Below, in pieces: positions 37,847 through 47,648 of a DNA stretch of 64,000 nucleotides. Positions within the stretch are counted from its first letter, which is position 1. Each line of letters starts with the position of its first letter. The stretch lies in IMG/VR virus record IMGVR_UViG_3300008262_006988; one strand, given 5' to 3'. The notes below the pieces were generated by a model. The model was not told the DNA's origin and searched no databases. It was given only the letters and a program-made list of their open reading frames with translations. This stretch comes from a virus. Position numbers and translations under genes: made by a program.

Positions 37847-39283
37847 ATGGAACTTGATTGCTATACATTTTACGCAAATATTATTTCGAGAAGTCTTGCA
37901 TACGTAGAAATAAACACGGATGATCCGAATTTCTGCAACGCATATGCAGTTACACGTAATCAATATATACTTGATCATTTCGGTATATATGATTTCCCTT
38001 TTAAGCATTACGATGCTAGCACTCAACAGCTTCAAGCTGTTGATGTCCGTACAGGTGAACCGGTAGTTATTAACCTACAAGAGATTAATACAACAGCAAT
38101 ATACGGAGATGCAAATTTACTCTCACCACCTACTGTCGGAAACCCCATCTTTTTTAATACTTTAAGTGAAAGAGATATTGCAGATATACAGCTACCATTC
38201 TGTACTTCAATAAAAGCGGCAAAAGATGATGGGTGTTACAATGACTCGCCATACGTACGCGAAATAAATTTTTTGGCTGAGGTCATGAGATTTAAAGAAT
38301 TTGTACATGAAGTTAATCTGCAGCCCGGTGATGAAATGATGCTCTTTTATCTTAATGATGAGTTTCATCGTAAATGTAATACAAAATTACGCAAGTATGT
38401 ACAAAGTCATACCAAGCACATAAAATTTGCAGCTATTGCGCATGTGTTAAGACAGTGCTTTGCTGCCTTGCAGCAAGAAAGTGATCCTATTACGACGTTT
38501 GAAGACGTTGAGCTGTTTTTTAGTGATGTATCAAAAATAAGAAATGTATGGGCAGCTTATTTAAAGCAACTCGTAGAGCGACAGATTGCAAAATATAATG
38601 CTGAGTATAAGCAGATATGTGATACATATTTTGCAGGTGATGAGCAAAGTAGAGAGCGTGATTTTATTAAAATACAATACGACAGAGCTATTTTTTCGCT
38701 TACTAACGTTAATATCGATGAAGAGCTTAAGAAATTCGGTGATAATGTGTTCTTTATTTTACGATACATACCACCAGACATTGATACGCCGAAAGAACTT
38801 GAGGGTATTATGTTATTTTCTGGATATGAAAATCACGTAATTGACACGCTTAGCAAAAACGGCGTCGATCTCGATGAGTCGTTGTTTACTTTTGATGGTC
38901 TTGATCCGTTATGGTGGACGTACAGTGGAATGCTCGGTCTTAATAAAGATGGTGCACCTTCTTTCTCTGAGCAGTTAAACAACTTATATATTGATAAAAT
39001 AAAAAACATTAGATTTGAGCAAATTAAACGCCATTCTAATGATATTGTTGAGATGGTAAAGCAAGAAGCGAGTGAACTCGACGAAGATGATATCAAGGAA
39101 ATTATTGACAGTATGCAAGATTTTGTGTCCTTTAAAGAGAGACTTGATTCATTTACGAACATCGTAGATGTCGTACAGTACTGGCCATCAGTATTATTAC
39201 CTCTACCGTCGTATGTAGCGCGACTTACAGGTGCAATAAATCACACTATAGACTTGCATAATCTCGTTCAAGCAAATTCTTAG
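37847..39283 (+). CDS. Hypothetical protein, possibly fibre-assembly related
   Basis: Acidic helical protein with two similar modules ending ILRYIPP / VVQYWPSVLLP; start moved to ATG 37847. Confidence 0.5.
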   Translation: MELDCYTFYANIISRSLAYVEINTDDPNFCNAYAVTRNQYILDHFGIYDFPFKHYDASTQQLQAVDVRTGEPVVINLQEINTTAIYGDANLLSPPTVGNPIFFNTLSERDIADIQLPFCTSIKAAKDDGCYNDSPYVREINFLAEVMRFKEFVHEVNLQPGDEMMLFYLNDEFHRKCNTKLRKYVQSHTKHIKFAAIAHVLRQCFAALQQESDPITTFEDVELFFSDVSKIRNVWAAYLKQLVERQIAKYNAEYKQICDTYFAGDEQSRERDFIKIQYDRAIFSLTNVNIDEELKKFGDNVFFILRYIPPDIDTPKELEGIMLFSGYENHVIDTLSKNGVDLDESLFTFDGLDPLWWTYSGMLGLNKDGAPSFSEQLNNLYIDKIKNIRFEQIKRHSNDIVEMVKQEASELDEDDIKEIIDSMQDFVSFKERLDSFTNIVDVVQYWPSVLLPLPSYVARLTGAINHTIDLHNLVQANS

Positions 39284-39325
39284 CCTTGATTTGTCAGCTC
39301 AAATAAGCTATTATTAATACTCATA

Positions 39326-40066
39326 ATGATAGTAAATTCACTATGGATAGGTAAAGGTTTTTCTTTACTAGAAAAACTTACAATGAAAAGTTTTATCGAT
39401 CATGGGTATGACTTTCACCTGTGGGTGTATAGTAAGGAGTTAGCGAAGCTCTGTCCTGCGGGTGTTAAAGTATGTGATGCAAATCAGATTATTACTAGCG
39501 ACCGTATTTTTACTTACGAAGGTGGAGGTGATTGTAGACGTGGTTCTCTTGGTGGGTTTTCTGATTTATTTAGATACTATCTACTTCTCAGTGTAGACGG
39601 TATCTATGTAGATATGGATGTAACGTGCTTATCACCATTTGTGATAGAAAGTGATTACGGTTTTAGACCACATAGTAATGTTACTGCAGTAGCAAATATT
39701 CTTAAAGCACCAAAAAATAGCGATTTTCTTAAACGCTGCATAGAATTAACAGAAAATCATATAGACAAGCACAATACTAACTGGGTTAAGCCTGTGCAAT
39801 TATTTTCTGATGTAGTGCACGAGTTCAATTACGAGAAGTATATATTCCCTTATGAGTATTTCGGATGCGATAAGTCAGTTGATACAAATAATTACAAAAC
39901 TAAAAATTATTTCCTGTATCGTAATTTGTTACCGAAATATGGTATACATTGGTGTCATGAATGCTCGTACGGTACATGGTCATACAGTGATGTATATAAC
40001 TGGAATGAGCCGAAACCCCTTTCTGTTTATTACAATTTGCTTCTTAAGCATAAACTTATCGATTAA
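39326..40066 (+). CDS. GT32/OCH1-like DXD glycosyltransferase
   Basis: SLWIG..SLLEKL.MKSF, FSDLFRY.LL...GIYVDMD. Confidence 0.82.
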   Translation: MIVNSLWIGKGFSLLEKLTMKSFIDHGYDFHLWVYSKELAKLCPAGVKVCDANQIITSDRIFTYEGGGDCRRGSLGGFSDLFRYYLLLSVDGIYVDMDVTCLSPFVIESDYGFRPHSNVTAVANILKAPKNSDFLKRCIELTENHIDKHNTNWVKPVQLFSDVVHEFNYEKYIFPYEYFGCDKSVDTNNYKTKNYFLYRNLLPKYGIHWCHECSYGTWSYSDVYNWNEPKPLSVYYNLLLKHKLID

Positions 40067-40069
40067 CAG

Positions 40070-41743
40070 ATGTGTAGCATTTTTGTAGCAATAACAAAGA
40101 ATAATAAAAGAGTTGATCACCAGGCATGTATTTCTGCCTTACATACAACAAAATCACGTGGACCTGATAATACATATTACACTTCTAACGGTAGTGTTTT
40201 TATTGGTGTAAATGTTCTTTCGCTTACTGGATCTACTTCAGTTAAAGACTACACATGTGATAAAGGTATTCTCGGGTTTAATGGTGAAATTTATAATTAT
40301 AATAAGCAACAGTACGATTCCGACACACAGGCTCTCTTTTTAAAGCTTATATCGTCAAATGACAAGTGTAAAGTAACGCGCGAGATTGAAGGCATGTTTT
40401 GTTATGCATTTTATGATAAAACATCACACGACCTTTATTTAGCGCGCGATGTTTTCGGTGAGAGAACACTTTACATATATGAAAATGAGGATTTATTACT
40501 TGCTTCATCGACTCTTCATGGTATAGAAAAATATATTGGAAAATTGCATATTGCTGAAGATCTCATCTCTTCGTATTTTTATACTCGACATTTTTTAACG
40601 TATAATAGTACTGTATATAAAAATGTGAGGCAAATCTTGCCTGGTACAATAGAAGTGTATAATGTACGTAACTATTCAAAGAGAGTATATACATATGAAA
40701 GTATAGCAGATTATATTTGTAGTAAACAAATGCAAGAATATGCGCGTGCTAATGATGAGGAGATGGTGGAGGAGCTAGATAGTACTCTTGACCATGTAAT
40801 GAAACAGATGTTACCGCTTCATCATAGCAGTGTCAGTTTTTCAGGGGGTATTGATTCGTCGCTTATAGCGCATTATACTGCAAAACATACTAACGACTAC
40901 ACACTCATCGGTATAAATTGTGTAGGTAAGGATTATATCTCTAACGATCTTAAAAAATTTCAACCATACTTTAATAATCAGATAATAACATTAGATATTA
41001 AGGAAAAGCAGTGGTGTAGCACTGTAAAAGATAGTTATAATATCACTCTGCAACCTCTTGGGTCACATAATTATTGCACAAAAGTATTTCTTGCAAAGTA
41101 TTTACAAAAGAAAGGTATAAAAGTGTTGTTTGGTGGTGAAGGTGCTGATGAATTATTCGGTGGCTATGATTTTTACCATATAATTGACGATACGTGTAGA
41201 TATAATATATCACCATATTCGAGTAAATTAACCTCTGTTATCGACTTCGCTCATAAAATAAGTGAAAATCCTCAATCATACCTCGATAAAATATGGGAAA
41301 AAGCGTATAGTATATATAACAGTGCGGTTCTATCGACATCTTTCACCGATACATCACTTGTAGTTAATGATGATGGAGTACGTAATACCGATCAGATAGC
41401 AGGCTGGTATGGTATTGAGGGTAGAACGCCTTTCTTACATAAAAAAATGCTTAAATTTGCATTAAATTTACCTTCAAAGTATAAACGCGGAAAGCCCCTC
41501 TTAAGGAAGTTGTTTGAAAAAAAGTTTCCTACTGTGTCTATTGAAAAAAAACAAGGTTTTGCAGGTTTTCCAAATGAATCGCAAAAGTATTATGCTCTTG
41601 ATAATACTTTTACATTATTTAATATAAATGATCTAACAAAATACGATACTGCAACACAGTGGAAATTACTCAATATTTATTATTTTTATGAAAGCTATAA
41701 TAGTAGGAACATCAGCAGAGCTTCTCGAGCACGAGCATGGTGA
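40070..41743 (+). CDS. Asparagine-synthase-like glutamine amidotransferase
   Basis: N-terminal MC, RGPD, FNGEIYN, ARDVFGE, SGGIDSS, GEGADELFGGY, EGRTPFL. Confidence 0.92.
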   Translation: MCSIFVAITKNNKRVDHQACISALHTTKSRGPDNTYYTSNGSVFIGVNVLSLTGSTSVKDYTCDKGILGFNGEIYNYNKQQYDSDTQALFLKLISSNDKCKVTREIEGMFCYAFYDKTSHDLYLARDVFGERTLYIYENEDLLLASSTLHGIEKYIGKLHIAEDLISSYFYTRHFLTYNSTVYKNVRQILPGTIEVYNVRNYSKRVYTYESIADYICSKQMQEYARANDEEMVEELDSTLDHVMKQMLPLHHSSVSFSGGIDSSLIAHYTAKHTNDYTLIGINCVGKDYISNDLKKFQPYFNNQIITLDIKEKQWCSTVKDSYNITLQPLGSHNYCTKVFLAKYLQKKGIKVLFGGEGADELFGGYDFYHIIDDTCRYNISPYSSKLTSVIDFAHKISENPQSYLDKIWEKAYSIYNSAVLSTSFTDTSLVVNDDGVRNTDQIAGWYGIEGRTPFLHKKMLKFALNLPSKYKRGKPLLRKLFEKKFPTVSIEKKQGFAGFPNESQKYYALDNTFTLFNINDLTKYDTATQWKLLNIYYFYESYNSRNISRASRARAW

Positions 41744-42323
41744 TTATATTGATAGCTTTGATTATGTCGCTAGATCTATTTCTGTCGCGGAGTTTCCAGG
41801 ATACGAAACACACGTAGGTACCAAAACTAATATGTTTTGGTCAAAGTATCAATATCTTTTTCGGTTTAAGTATATATTACAAACATATTGTAATGATTTA
41901 TTATTACTTGAAGAAGACCCTGATGAATATAGAGAGAGCTTTTGTATAAACCATCGGTATGAGCGTTATAATCGGTTGTTTTTTGATTTATGGTATGCAA
42001 TGCTATCCTCTAAACACAATTTAAAAAACATTTTTTACTATAGTAGAAAAAACTTACACGATTTACATAAGAAGATGGGGTACAGATCGCATAACGATTG
42101 CAACACGCCAACAGTCTATTCAAGCGCAGGTGCACGTGTGTTAGATTTTTTTGTCAACAATACAGACTGTTTTAATGAAATATGGGTCACGGGGTTTTCT
42201 TTTTTTGATAAGGCTACGTATTTTAACCCTGCAACTAATCATATGGTACGAGAGCATTGCTACTATAAAGAAAAATACTTTTACAAAAATCTTTTAAAAG
42301 AGAAAAAAATATATGAACTCTGA
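41688..42323 (+). CDS. GT29 sialyltransferase-like protein 1
   Basis: Motif L (IIVG...IDSFDYVAR...GYETHVGTKT), motif S (SSAG...VTGF), H..E (HCYYKE). Confidence 0.72.
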   Translation: MKAIIVGTSAELLEHEHGDYIDSFDYVARSISVAEFPGYETHVGTKTNMFWSKYQYLFRFKYILQTYCNDLLLLEEDPDEYRESFCINHRYERYNRLFFDLWYAMLSSKHNLKNIFYYSRKNLHDLHKKMGYRSHNDCNTPTVYSSAGARVLDFFVNNTDCFNEIWVTGFSFFDKATYFNPATNHMVREHCYYKEKYFYKNLLKEKKIYEL

Positions 42324-43086
42324 CTTACATAGCGTAGTAATAGTAGGTAACAGTTTGAATTTATTAGAGACCAAGAGAGGCGATGTAATAGATAACTGTG
42401 ATATTGTAGTACGTATGGGGAGTTACTGCATCGATGGTTATGAAGAATATGTTGGTACGAAGACAGATATTTTTTGTACAATTGCAAATATGTTTTGCAA
42501 AAATTCACCTGATGATTCTGTTCTTTTTGCACTCGACCCTGGAATGACTTCTTTTAATTTTAAAAAAATTTTATTTTTAGAATATGATTGCGATGACTAT
42601 TATGAATCCACTGTACATGGTAATTCTTGGGGTAGCGGTAGTATACCGATACCGCCTGCTGCTGCTGGCGCTTTATATTTTAAAAAACTCTGCTCTTCAG
42701 ATAAGTTCAAATTAGCGTTTCAAAATCATATTGTTATTGATAGAATGATTCTTGATTATTTTATAGAGTACTTGCAGCTTGTTAATAAGGATGTATGTGT
42801 TGAGTTTTATAATAGCCTTTGGCGATCGAGGCTTTTTGCTAACTTTAATAGTATATTTCCGCAAATGGACATAGCGGTACCATCAAAAGGAATGTATATA
42901 ATCGATTATATTTTAAGAACGTTTAAAGACAGTAAAATATACGTTTGCGGTTTTGATGGATTTAGGACCACAAATTATTGGAGGCAGCTCGGTCCACTAA
43001 CATACACTTTTAGGAGCCATCAGCCTGCAAAAGAACAGTATATGTATAAAAAATTATTACGCGAAGGAATTATACATGAGCTGTAA
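42313..43086 (+). CDS. GT29 sialyltransferase-like protein 2
   Basis: VVIVGNS...IDNCDIVVRMG...VGTKT; PSKG...VCGFDGF...YW; HQPAKE. Confidence 0.8.
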   Translation: MNSDLHSVVIVGNSLNLLETKRGDVIDNCDIVVRMGSYCIDGYEEYVGTKTDIFCTIANMFCKNSPDDSVLFALDPGMTSFNFKKILFLEYDCDDYYESTVHGNSWGSGSIPIPPAAAGALYFKKLCSSDKFKLAFQNHIVIDRMILDYFIEYLQLVNKDVCVEFYNSLWRSRLFANFNSIFPQMDIAVPSKGMYIIDYILRTFKDSKIYVCGFDGFRTTNYWRQLGPLTYTFRSHQPAKEQYMYKKLLREGIIHEL

Positions 43087-43792
43087 TAACATCATCATAG
43101 TAGGTAACGGTGGCTGCTTACTTAACTCTAAAAATGGTAGTAAGATCGACTCTTATGATTATGTTGTACGTATGGGAAACTGTATAACTCGTGGATACGA
43201 GGAACATACCGGGACAAAGACAGATTTATACAGAGCTTCATGGGATAGATTACTTCACAATATCAATAAAACAAATATATATAGACCTATCGATCTTAGT
43301 TTCACATTTCATACACTTCTTCTTCTCGAGCGACAACCCGATACTTTTCATGAGACGGTATCAACAATGCTTTTAAAAAACAATACAAAATTATTTAAAA
43401 AGCCTTTTTTTCCAGAAATTTCATTTCCAGATTTTATTTTTTTAAAAAGAAATGAGCGTATTACACATGAATGTTGTTTAGAATATTTTACTAAGAAATA
43501 TAATATACGTACAGTAGAGCATATGGATATTGATACAAGAGTAAATGTTTTTTTACAGGTTAATACCCCAGCGAAACAAAATATGGTATTACCGTCGAGC
43601 GGTATACTCACACTCGCACATATTATTAAGACGAGACCTAATGATAATATTACTATTACTGGGTTTGATGGTTTTACTACGAGATATTATTGGCGTGATT
43701 ATGAAACATACTTTGATGGTCATAGCTCTTACCGTGAAAAGATGTTTATAAAACAATTAGTGAAAGATGGTAGAATAAGCATACTCAATTAA
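43076..43792 (+). CDS. GT29 sialyltransferase-like protein 3
   Basis: IIIVGNGGCL...GSKIDSYDYVVRMG...GTKT; PSSG...ITGFDGF..YYW; HSSYRE. Confidence 0.82.
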   Translation: MSCNNIIIVGNGGCLLNSKNGSKIDSYDYVVRMGNCITRGYEEHTGTKTDLYRASWDRLLHNINKTNIYRPIDLSFTFHTLLLLERQPDTFHETVSTMLLKNNTKLFKKPFFPEISFPDFIFLKRNERITHECCLEYFTKKYNIRTVEHMDIDTRVNVFLQVNTPAKQNMVLPSSGILTLAHIIKTRPNDNITITGFDGFTTRYYWRDYETYFDGHSSYREKMFIKQLVKDGRISILN

Positions 43793-43799
43793 CTCAAAG

Positions 43800-44498
43800 A
43801 TGAAACGTATTATTATTATCGGTAATAGCTGCAGCCTCTTAGAACAAAAAAACGGGGATATAATTGATGGTTATGACTATATTGTAAGAATGGGCGGTAC
43901 ACCACGCATTAAAGGTTATGAAAAACATGTGGGTACCAAAACTAACATGTATTGTATGAAGTGGTTCAAATATTTTAATGTAGAAGTGGGAATTAATGAT
44001 ACCAATTTTGGGCAGATGCGTGAAAAGTTAGAGATAGAATATGATGATGTATTGTGTCTGTTACAAGACCCTGATAATTTCTACGAAGTAGCGACACCTT
44101 TTCAGCGATATGAAAAAAATTCTTTAAACAGATCGTTTTACTATCAAATAGGTGATAGATATCTACATGATTCTGCAATCTTAAACTTTAACTTACAGCA
44201 AAAGCAATGGTATTTCTTTAATAGTATAGATATGCAACAGCTTGTATGCTATTTACAGGGATATGATTCTAATATACGTTATAATAATGGTATTGAACCT
44301 ACAGCTGGACTATGTGTTATTTGGTTTTTTATGCAAAATTTTTCAAATTGTGAAATAACAGTTACGGGATTTGATGGATTTAAGACCGGACATTATTGGA
44401 AGCCGGCAATTAGTACTTTTTTTCAAAGCCACAATGGTTTAAGCGAGTGGATGTTTATAAAAAAATTAATAAAACGCGGTGATATAAGACTATTATGA
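43800..44498 (+). CDS. GT29 sialyltransferase-like protein 4
   Basis: IIIIGNS...IDGYDYIVRMG...VGTKT; PTAG...VTGFDGF..HYW; HNGLSE. Confidence 0.8.
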   Translation: MKRIIIIGNSCSLLEQKNGDIIDGYDYIVRMGGTPRIKGYEKHVGTKTNMYCMKWFKYFNVEVGINDTNFGQMREKLEIEYDDVLCLLQDPDNFYEVATPFQRYEKNSLNRSFYYQIGDRYLHDSAILNFNLQQKQWYFFNSIDMQQLVCYLQGYDSNIRYNNGIEPTAGLCVIWFFMQNFSNCEITVTGFDGFKTGHYWKPAISTFFQSHNGLSEWMFIKKLIKRGDIRLL

Positions 44499-45175
44499 AT
44501 ATTGTAGTGGTAGGAAATGGTCGCAGCGATGTTATGAGAGGTAATCTAATAGATAGTTTTGATTATGTAGTGCGTATGGGTTCGTGTTGCATCGATGGAT
44601 ACGAGCATTATGTTGGTACGAAGACAAGTATGCTGCGTTCATCATGGGATAGATTTTTTGGAAAAAAAGAAGATGGTACTCATGAATTTGTAAGTAAAAT
44701 TATTGGTTTTACTGATTTTCTCTTTTTAGAGCCGTATTTTGAGCCATTTTATGAAACAATGCATTTCGGCAATGTGTATCATTTGTATAAGATTTTTAAT
44801 AAGCCACGTTTTTTACAAAAGAGATTTATTAGCATTAAAAACGAGCGTATTTTGCATGAAATGTTTATAAGAGAGCATCTTTCACAAAAAAATATCTTTT
44901 ATTATAATATAAAAGATAGGGTTTCGCTTTTTTGTGAGTATAATAGTATGTATAATGACAGAGTCTTACATATGCCTTCAGCAGGCCTCTTTACTATTGA
45001 TTATATAGTAAAAACGTTTACTGATAGTGATATCTATATCACAGGCTTTGATGGATTTAAGACAAAATATTACTGGAGAAGTAATGATGAATACTTTGAT
45101 TCTCATAGCTCCATTAAAGAACAGTTATATCTTAAAAAATTACTTACTAAAGGTATCATTAAAGAGTTGCCATAA
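44495..45175 (+). CDS. GT29 sialyltransferase-like protein 5
   Basis: IVVVGNG...IDSFDYVVRMG...VGTKT; PSAG...ITGFDGF..YYW; HSSIKE. Confidence 0.8.
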   Translation: MNIVVVGNGRSDVMRGNLIDSFDYVVRMGSCCIDGYEHYVGTKTSMLRSSWDRFFGKKEDGTHEFVSKIIGFTDFLFLEPYFEPFYETMHFGNVYHLYKIFNKPRFLQKRFISIKNERILHEMFIREHLSQKNIFYYNIKDRVSLFCEYNSMYNDRVLHMPSAGLFTIDYIVKTFTDSDIYITGFDGFKTKYYWRSNDEYFDSHSSIKEQLYLKKLLTKGIIKELP

Positions 45176-45207
45176 TAGTTTTTTTTATATATTATATACT
45201 TTTATAT

Positions 45208-45897
45208 ATGGTCAATATTTACGTTGGTTGGGATAGTAGAGAGGTAGAGGCTTATAATGTATGCTGTGAGTCAATTAAGAGCCGAACACAGAAAAGTATT
45301 AATTATAATATAATACCTCTTAAAAAGCACGAATTACAGACGAGCGGGTTGTATTCGAGAAATTCTGATCCGCTTGCATCAACAGAATTTACATATACAA
45401 GATTTCTCGTACCTCTTTTACAAGACTATAAAGGTCTCGCAATTTTTTGTGATTGTGATTTTCTGTGGCTTGAAGGTATAGATGCGTTGTTACATGATAT
45501 AGATATAGATACACACAAAGCTGTTTACGTCTGTAAGCATGATTATACCCCTTCTCAAGAGATAAAAATGGACAATAAAGTTCAATCCTCTTACCCGAGA
45601 AAAAATTGGTCAAGTTTGATTGTATGGAATTGTGATCATGAAAAAAATAAAGTTCTCACAAAAGAAAAAGTTAATAGTGAGACTGGAGCTTTTCTTCATA
45701 GATTTCAATGGTTAGATGATAATGAAATCGGTGATATAAATATTCAATGGAACTGGCTTGTGGGTGAGTACTGCGAGGAGCAGCACGGATCACCAAAAGC
45801 TTTACATTATACAAATGGAGGACCGTGGTTTGAAAATTATAAAAATTGTCCTTACGCTTCTGTTTGGAATAAAGAACGCGATAGAATTGCATTTTAA
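45208..45897 (+). CDS. GT-A glycosyltransferase (GT8-like, similar to plant CDI family)
   Basis: IYVGWDSRE, STEFTYTRFLVP, FCDCDFLW (DXD), YPRKNWSS, HYTNGGPW. Confidence 0.85.
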   Translation: MVNIYVGWDSREVEAYNVCCESIKSRTQKSINYNIIPLKKHELQTSGLYSRNSDPLASTEFTYTRFLVPLLQDYKGLAIFCDCDFLWLEGIDALLHDIDIDTHKAVYVCKHDYTPSQEIKMDNKVQSSYPRKNWSSLIVWNCDHEKNKVLTKEKVNSETGAFLHRFQWLDDNEIGDINIQWNWLVGEYCEEQHGSPKALHYTNGGPWFENYKNCPYASVWNKERDRIAF

Positions 45898-46168
45898 GTT
45901 TACTTCTCATCGCCGCATTACATATAAAAAGCAGAGTTGCAATTTAAGGCGACATCAACCCAAGAAACAAGATTATAAAAAACGCAATAAACTCGCCGGT
46001 CAATTTTTTGATTTTAATCAGCCTTGCCCGCCTATGATAAAAAATTGCATGGAATTGCGTGTACAGTACGAGAATGAAGTGAAAAAGCTCGAAAGCTATA
46101 AACTCTGTACACAGTGTAGTATTTTATTTTTGAGACAAAATATTATTGCATCTTTTGAAGTTGACTGA
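45815..46168 (+). CDS. Small Cys-rich protein (start uncertain), paralog of 47095-47322
   Basis: FFDFNQPCP..I..C.ELR..Y...V...CTQC; the nearest upstream ATG lies inside the GT8 gene. Confidence 0.5.
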   Translation: MEDRGLKIIKIVLTLLFGIKNAIELHFKFTSHRRITYKKQSCNLRRHQPKKQDYKKRNKLAGQFFDFNQPCPPMIKNCMELRVQYENEVKKLESYKLCTQCSILFLRQNIIASFEVD

Positions 46169-47021
46169 TTATATCAAAACTCGATTTACCGTAAAGTGTA
46201 CCGTTAGTACTACAATTCTTACATGCATCATCGATACGTTTACCGTTTGCTAAATTATGCCTTACATCGGTCAACTGTTTACTAAACCAAAGATCATAAA
46301 AAGATGTATTCATTATATTACCAAGACCTGTTTGCTGCCTGTGCCAATCATTGCAGCATAAAACAATATCACCATTCCAATCTATTGTAATCCTATAAAA
46401 TGGTATAAAGCATTGTTGCTTTACTTTATTAAATTTAATATTTGTTACAGCGCCTGCTCTGTTGTTAAAATTCCACTCTTCAACTGTCTGCTCTAACGTC
46501 TGACTCTCTTTATCGTACCAAAGCCGTCTTAGTGCATATTTTTTAAAAGGTATTTTAGCAAACATTTGTTCTCGTGCAATAGCTTGATCTTCACCGTCAT
46601 AACAATCTACAACAATTCTATCTACATGATCTTTTATTTTTTCTACGTCATCACAGGTTAAAAAATCACCGTTTGTTGTGAGCTCTACATAGCACTCACG
46701 TAGCTCGTTCTTAATGTGAATAATATAATCGAGTATATTAGAATTGAGCAGTGGTTCGCCGAACCCTGAGATATGTATCGCTCCTTTATAGTTATTTTCC
46801 TTGAGTTGTTCAATAAGGCGATCTATAACCTTTCGATCCATTTGTAATTTTCTGTTCGGGTAAACTGCGGAATCATGCCTCGGGCAAAATACACATTTAC
46901 GGTTACAAAGCTCTGTAACATTTAATTCTATAGTTGTAAGACCTATCAATTTACCATATCTCTGCTCTTCAATAAATTGTTTATGAATAATATCACGCGT
47001 GTTTATATGATCTAACGACAT
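46143..47021 (-). CDS. Radical SAM/SPASM protein
   Basis: CNRKCVFC, GFGEP, NNRAG, C.IPF...LCCNDW...GN...CKNC. Confidence 0.9.
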   Translation of the reverse strand: MSLDHINTRDIIHKQFIEEQRYGKLIGLTTIELNVTELCNRKCVFCPRHDSAVYPNRKLQMDRKVIDRLIEQLKENNYKGAIHISGFGEPLLNSNILDYIIHIKNELRECYVELTTNGDFLTCDDVEKIKDHVDRIVVDCYDGEDQAIAREQMFAKIPFKKYALRRLWYDKESQTLEQTVEEWNFNNRAGAVTNIKFNKVKQQCFIPFYRITIDWNGDIVLCCNDWHRQQTGLGNIMNTSFYDLWFSKQLTDVRHNLANGKRIDDACKNCSTNGTLYGKSSFDIISQLQKMQ

Positions 47022-47094
47022 TGTTAAATATTTTAAGCTATTATTTTTGTTATTGCAACATATTATAAAGTATATAAGTACTATATACGGTTAC

Positions 47095-47322
47095 ATGAAT
47101 CCTGTATTAACATTTTTTGAACTTGATCAGCCTTGTCCCTCAGAGATACCGCTATGTAATGAATTACGTAAGAAGTATATTCAGGATGTAGAGTTAGCGA
47201 GTGCAAAACACTGTAAAAAGTGCGAATTGACAAGCATAAAAGCAAAATATACAACAGTGGTATGGGAGCAATACATGGAACATATGACTTCAAAAAATAA
47301 AAAACAAGATATACTTTTATGA
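47095..47322 (+). CDS. Small Cys-rich protein
   Basis: FFELDQPCPSEIPLCNELRKKY...CKKC; TATAAGTA upstream. Confidence 0.65.
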   Translation: MNPVLTFFELDQPCPSEIPLCNELRKKYIQDVELASAKHCKKCELTSIKAKYTTVVWEQYMEHMTSKNKKQDILL

Positions 47323-47648
47323 TTATTGATTATATTTTCGGTTATTTAGTTGTACAGACAATATTAGTAATTTGGTTCTATAGCCCTTTCCGTATTACAC
47401 TCGGGCAACTTTTTTTTGATAAAAACATGTATATGTCTGATCAGTTTGAAACCTATTTACTAACACTCAACCCTTTCCTCGGTAAACTTCTTTCATGTTA
47501 TATTTGTTTTTCGTTCTGGACTTCACTTATTATAGGCTGCATAGGCTCTTTTTTCTTATATGACATGGAAATTATTATCCCTCTTGCCACAGCATTAACC
47601 TACCCCGGTATATGTTATTTTTATAAGTCTATTGTTGATAGATCTTAG
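47319..47648 (+). CDS. Membrane protein (DUF1360-like)
   Basis: LGKLLSCYICFSFW motif, several hydrophobic helices. Confidence 0.55.
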   Translation: MIIDYIFGYLVVQTILVIWFYSPFRITLGQLFFDKNMYMSDQFETYLLTLNPFLGKLLSCYICFSFWTSLIIGCIGSFFLYDMEIIIPLATALTYPGICYFYKSIVDRS

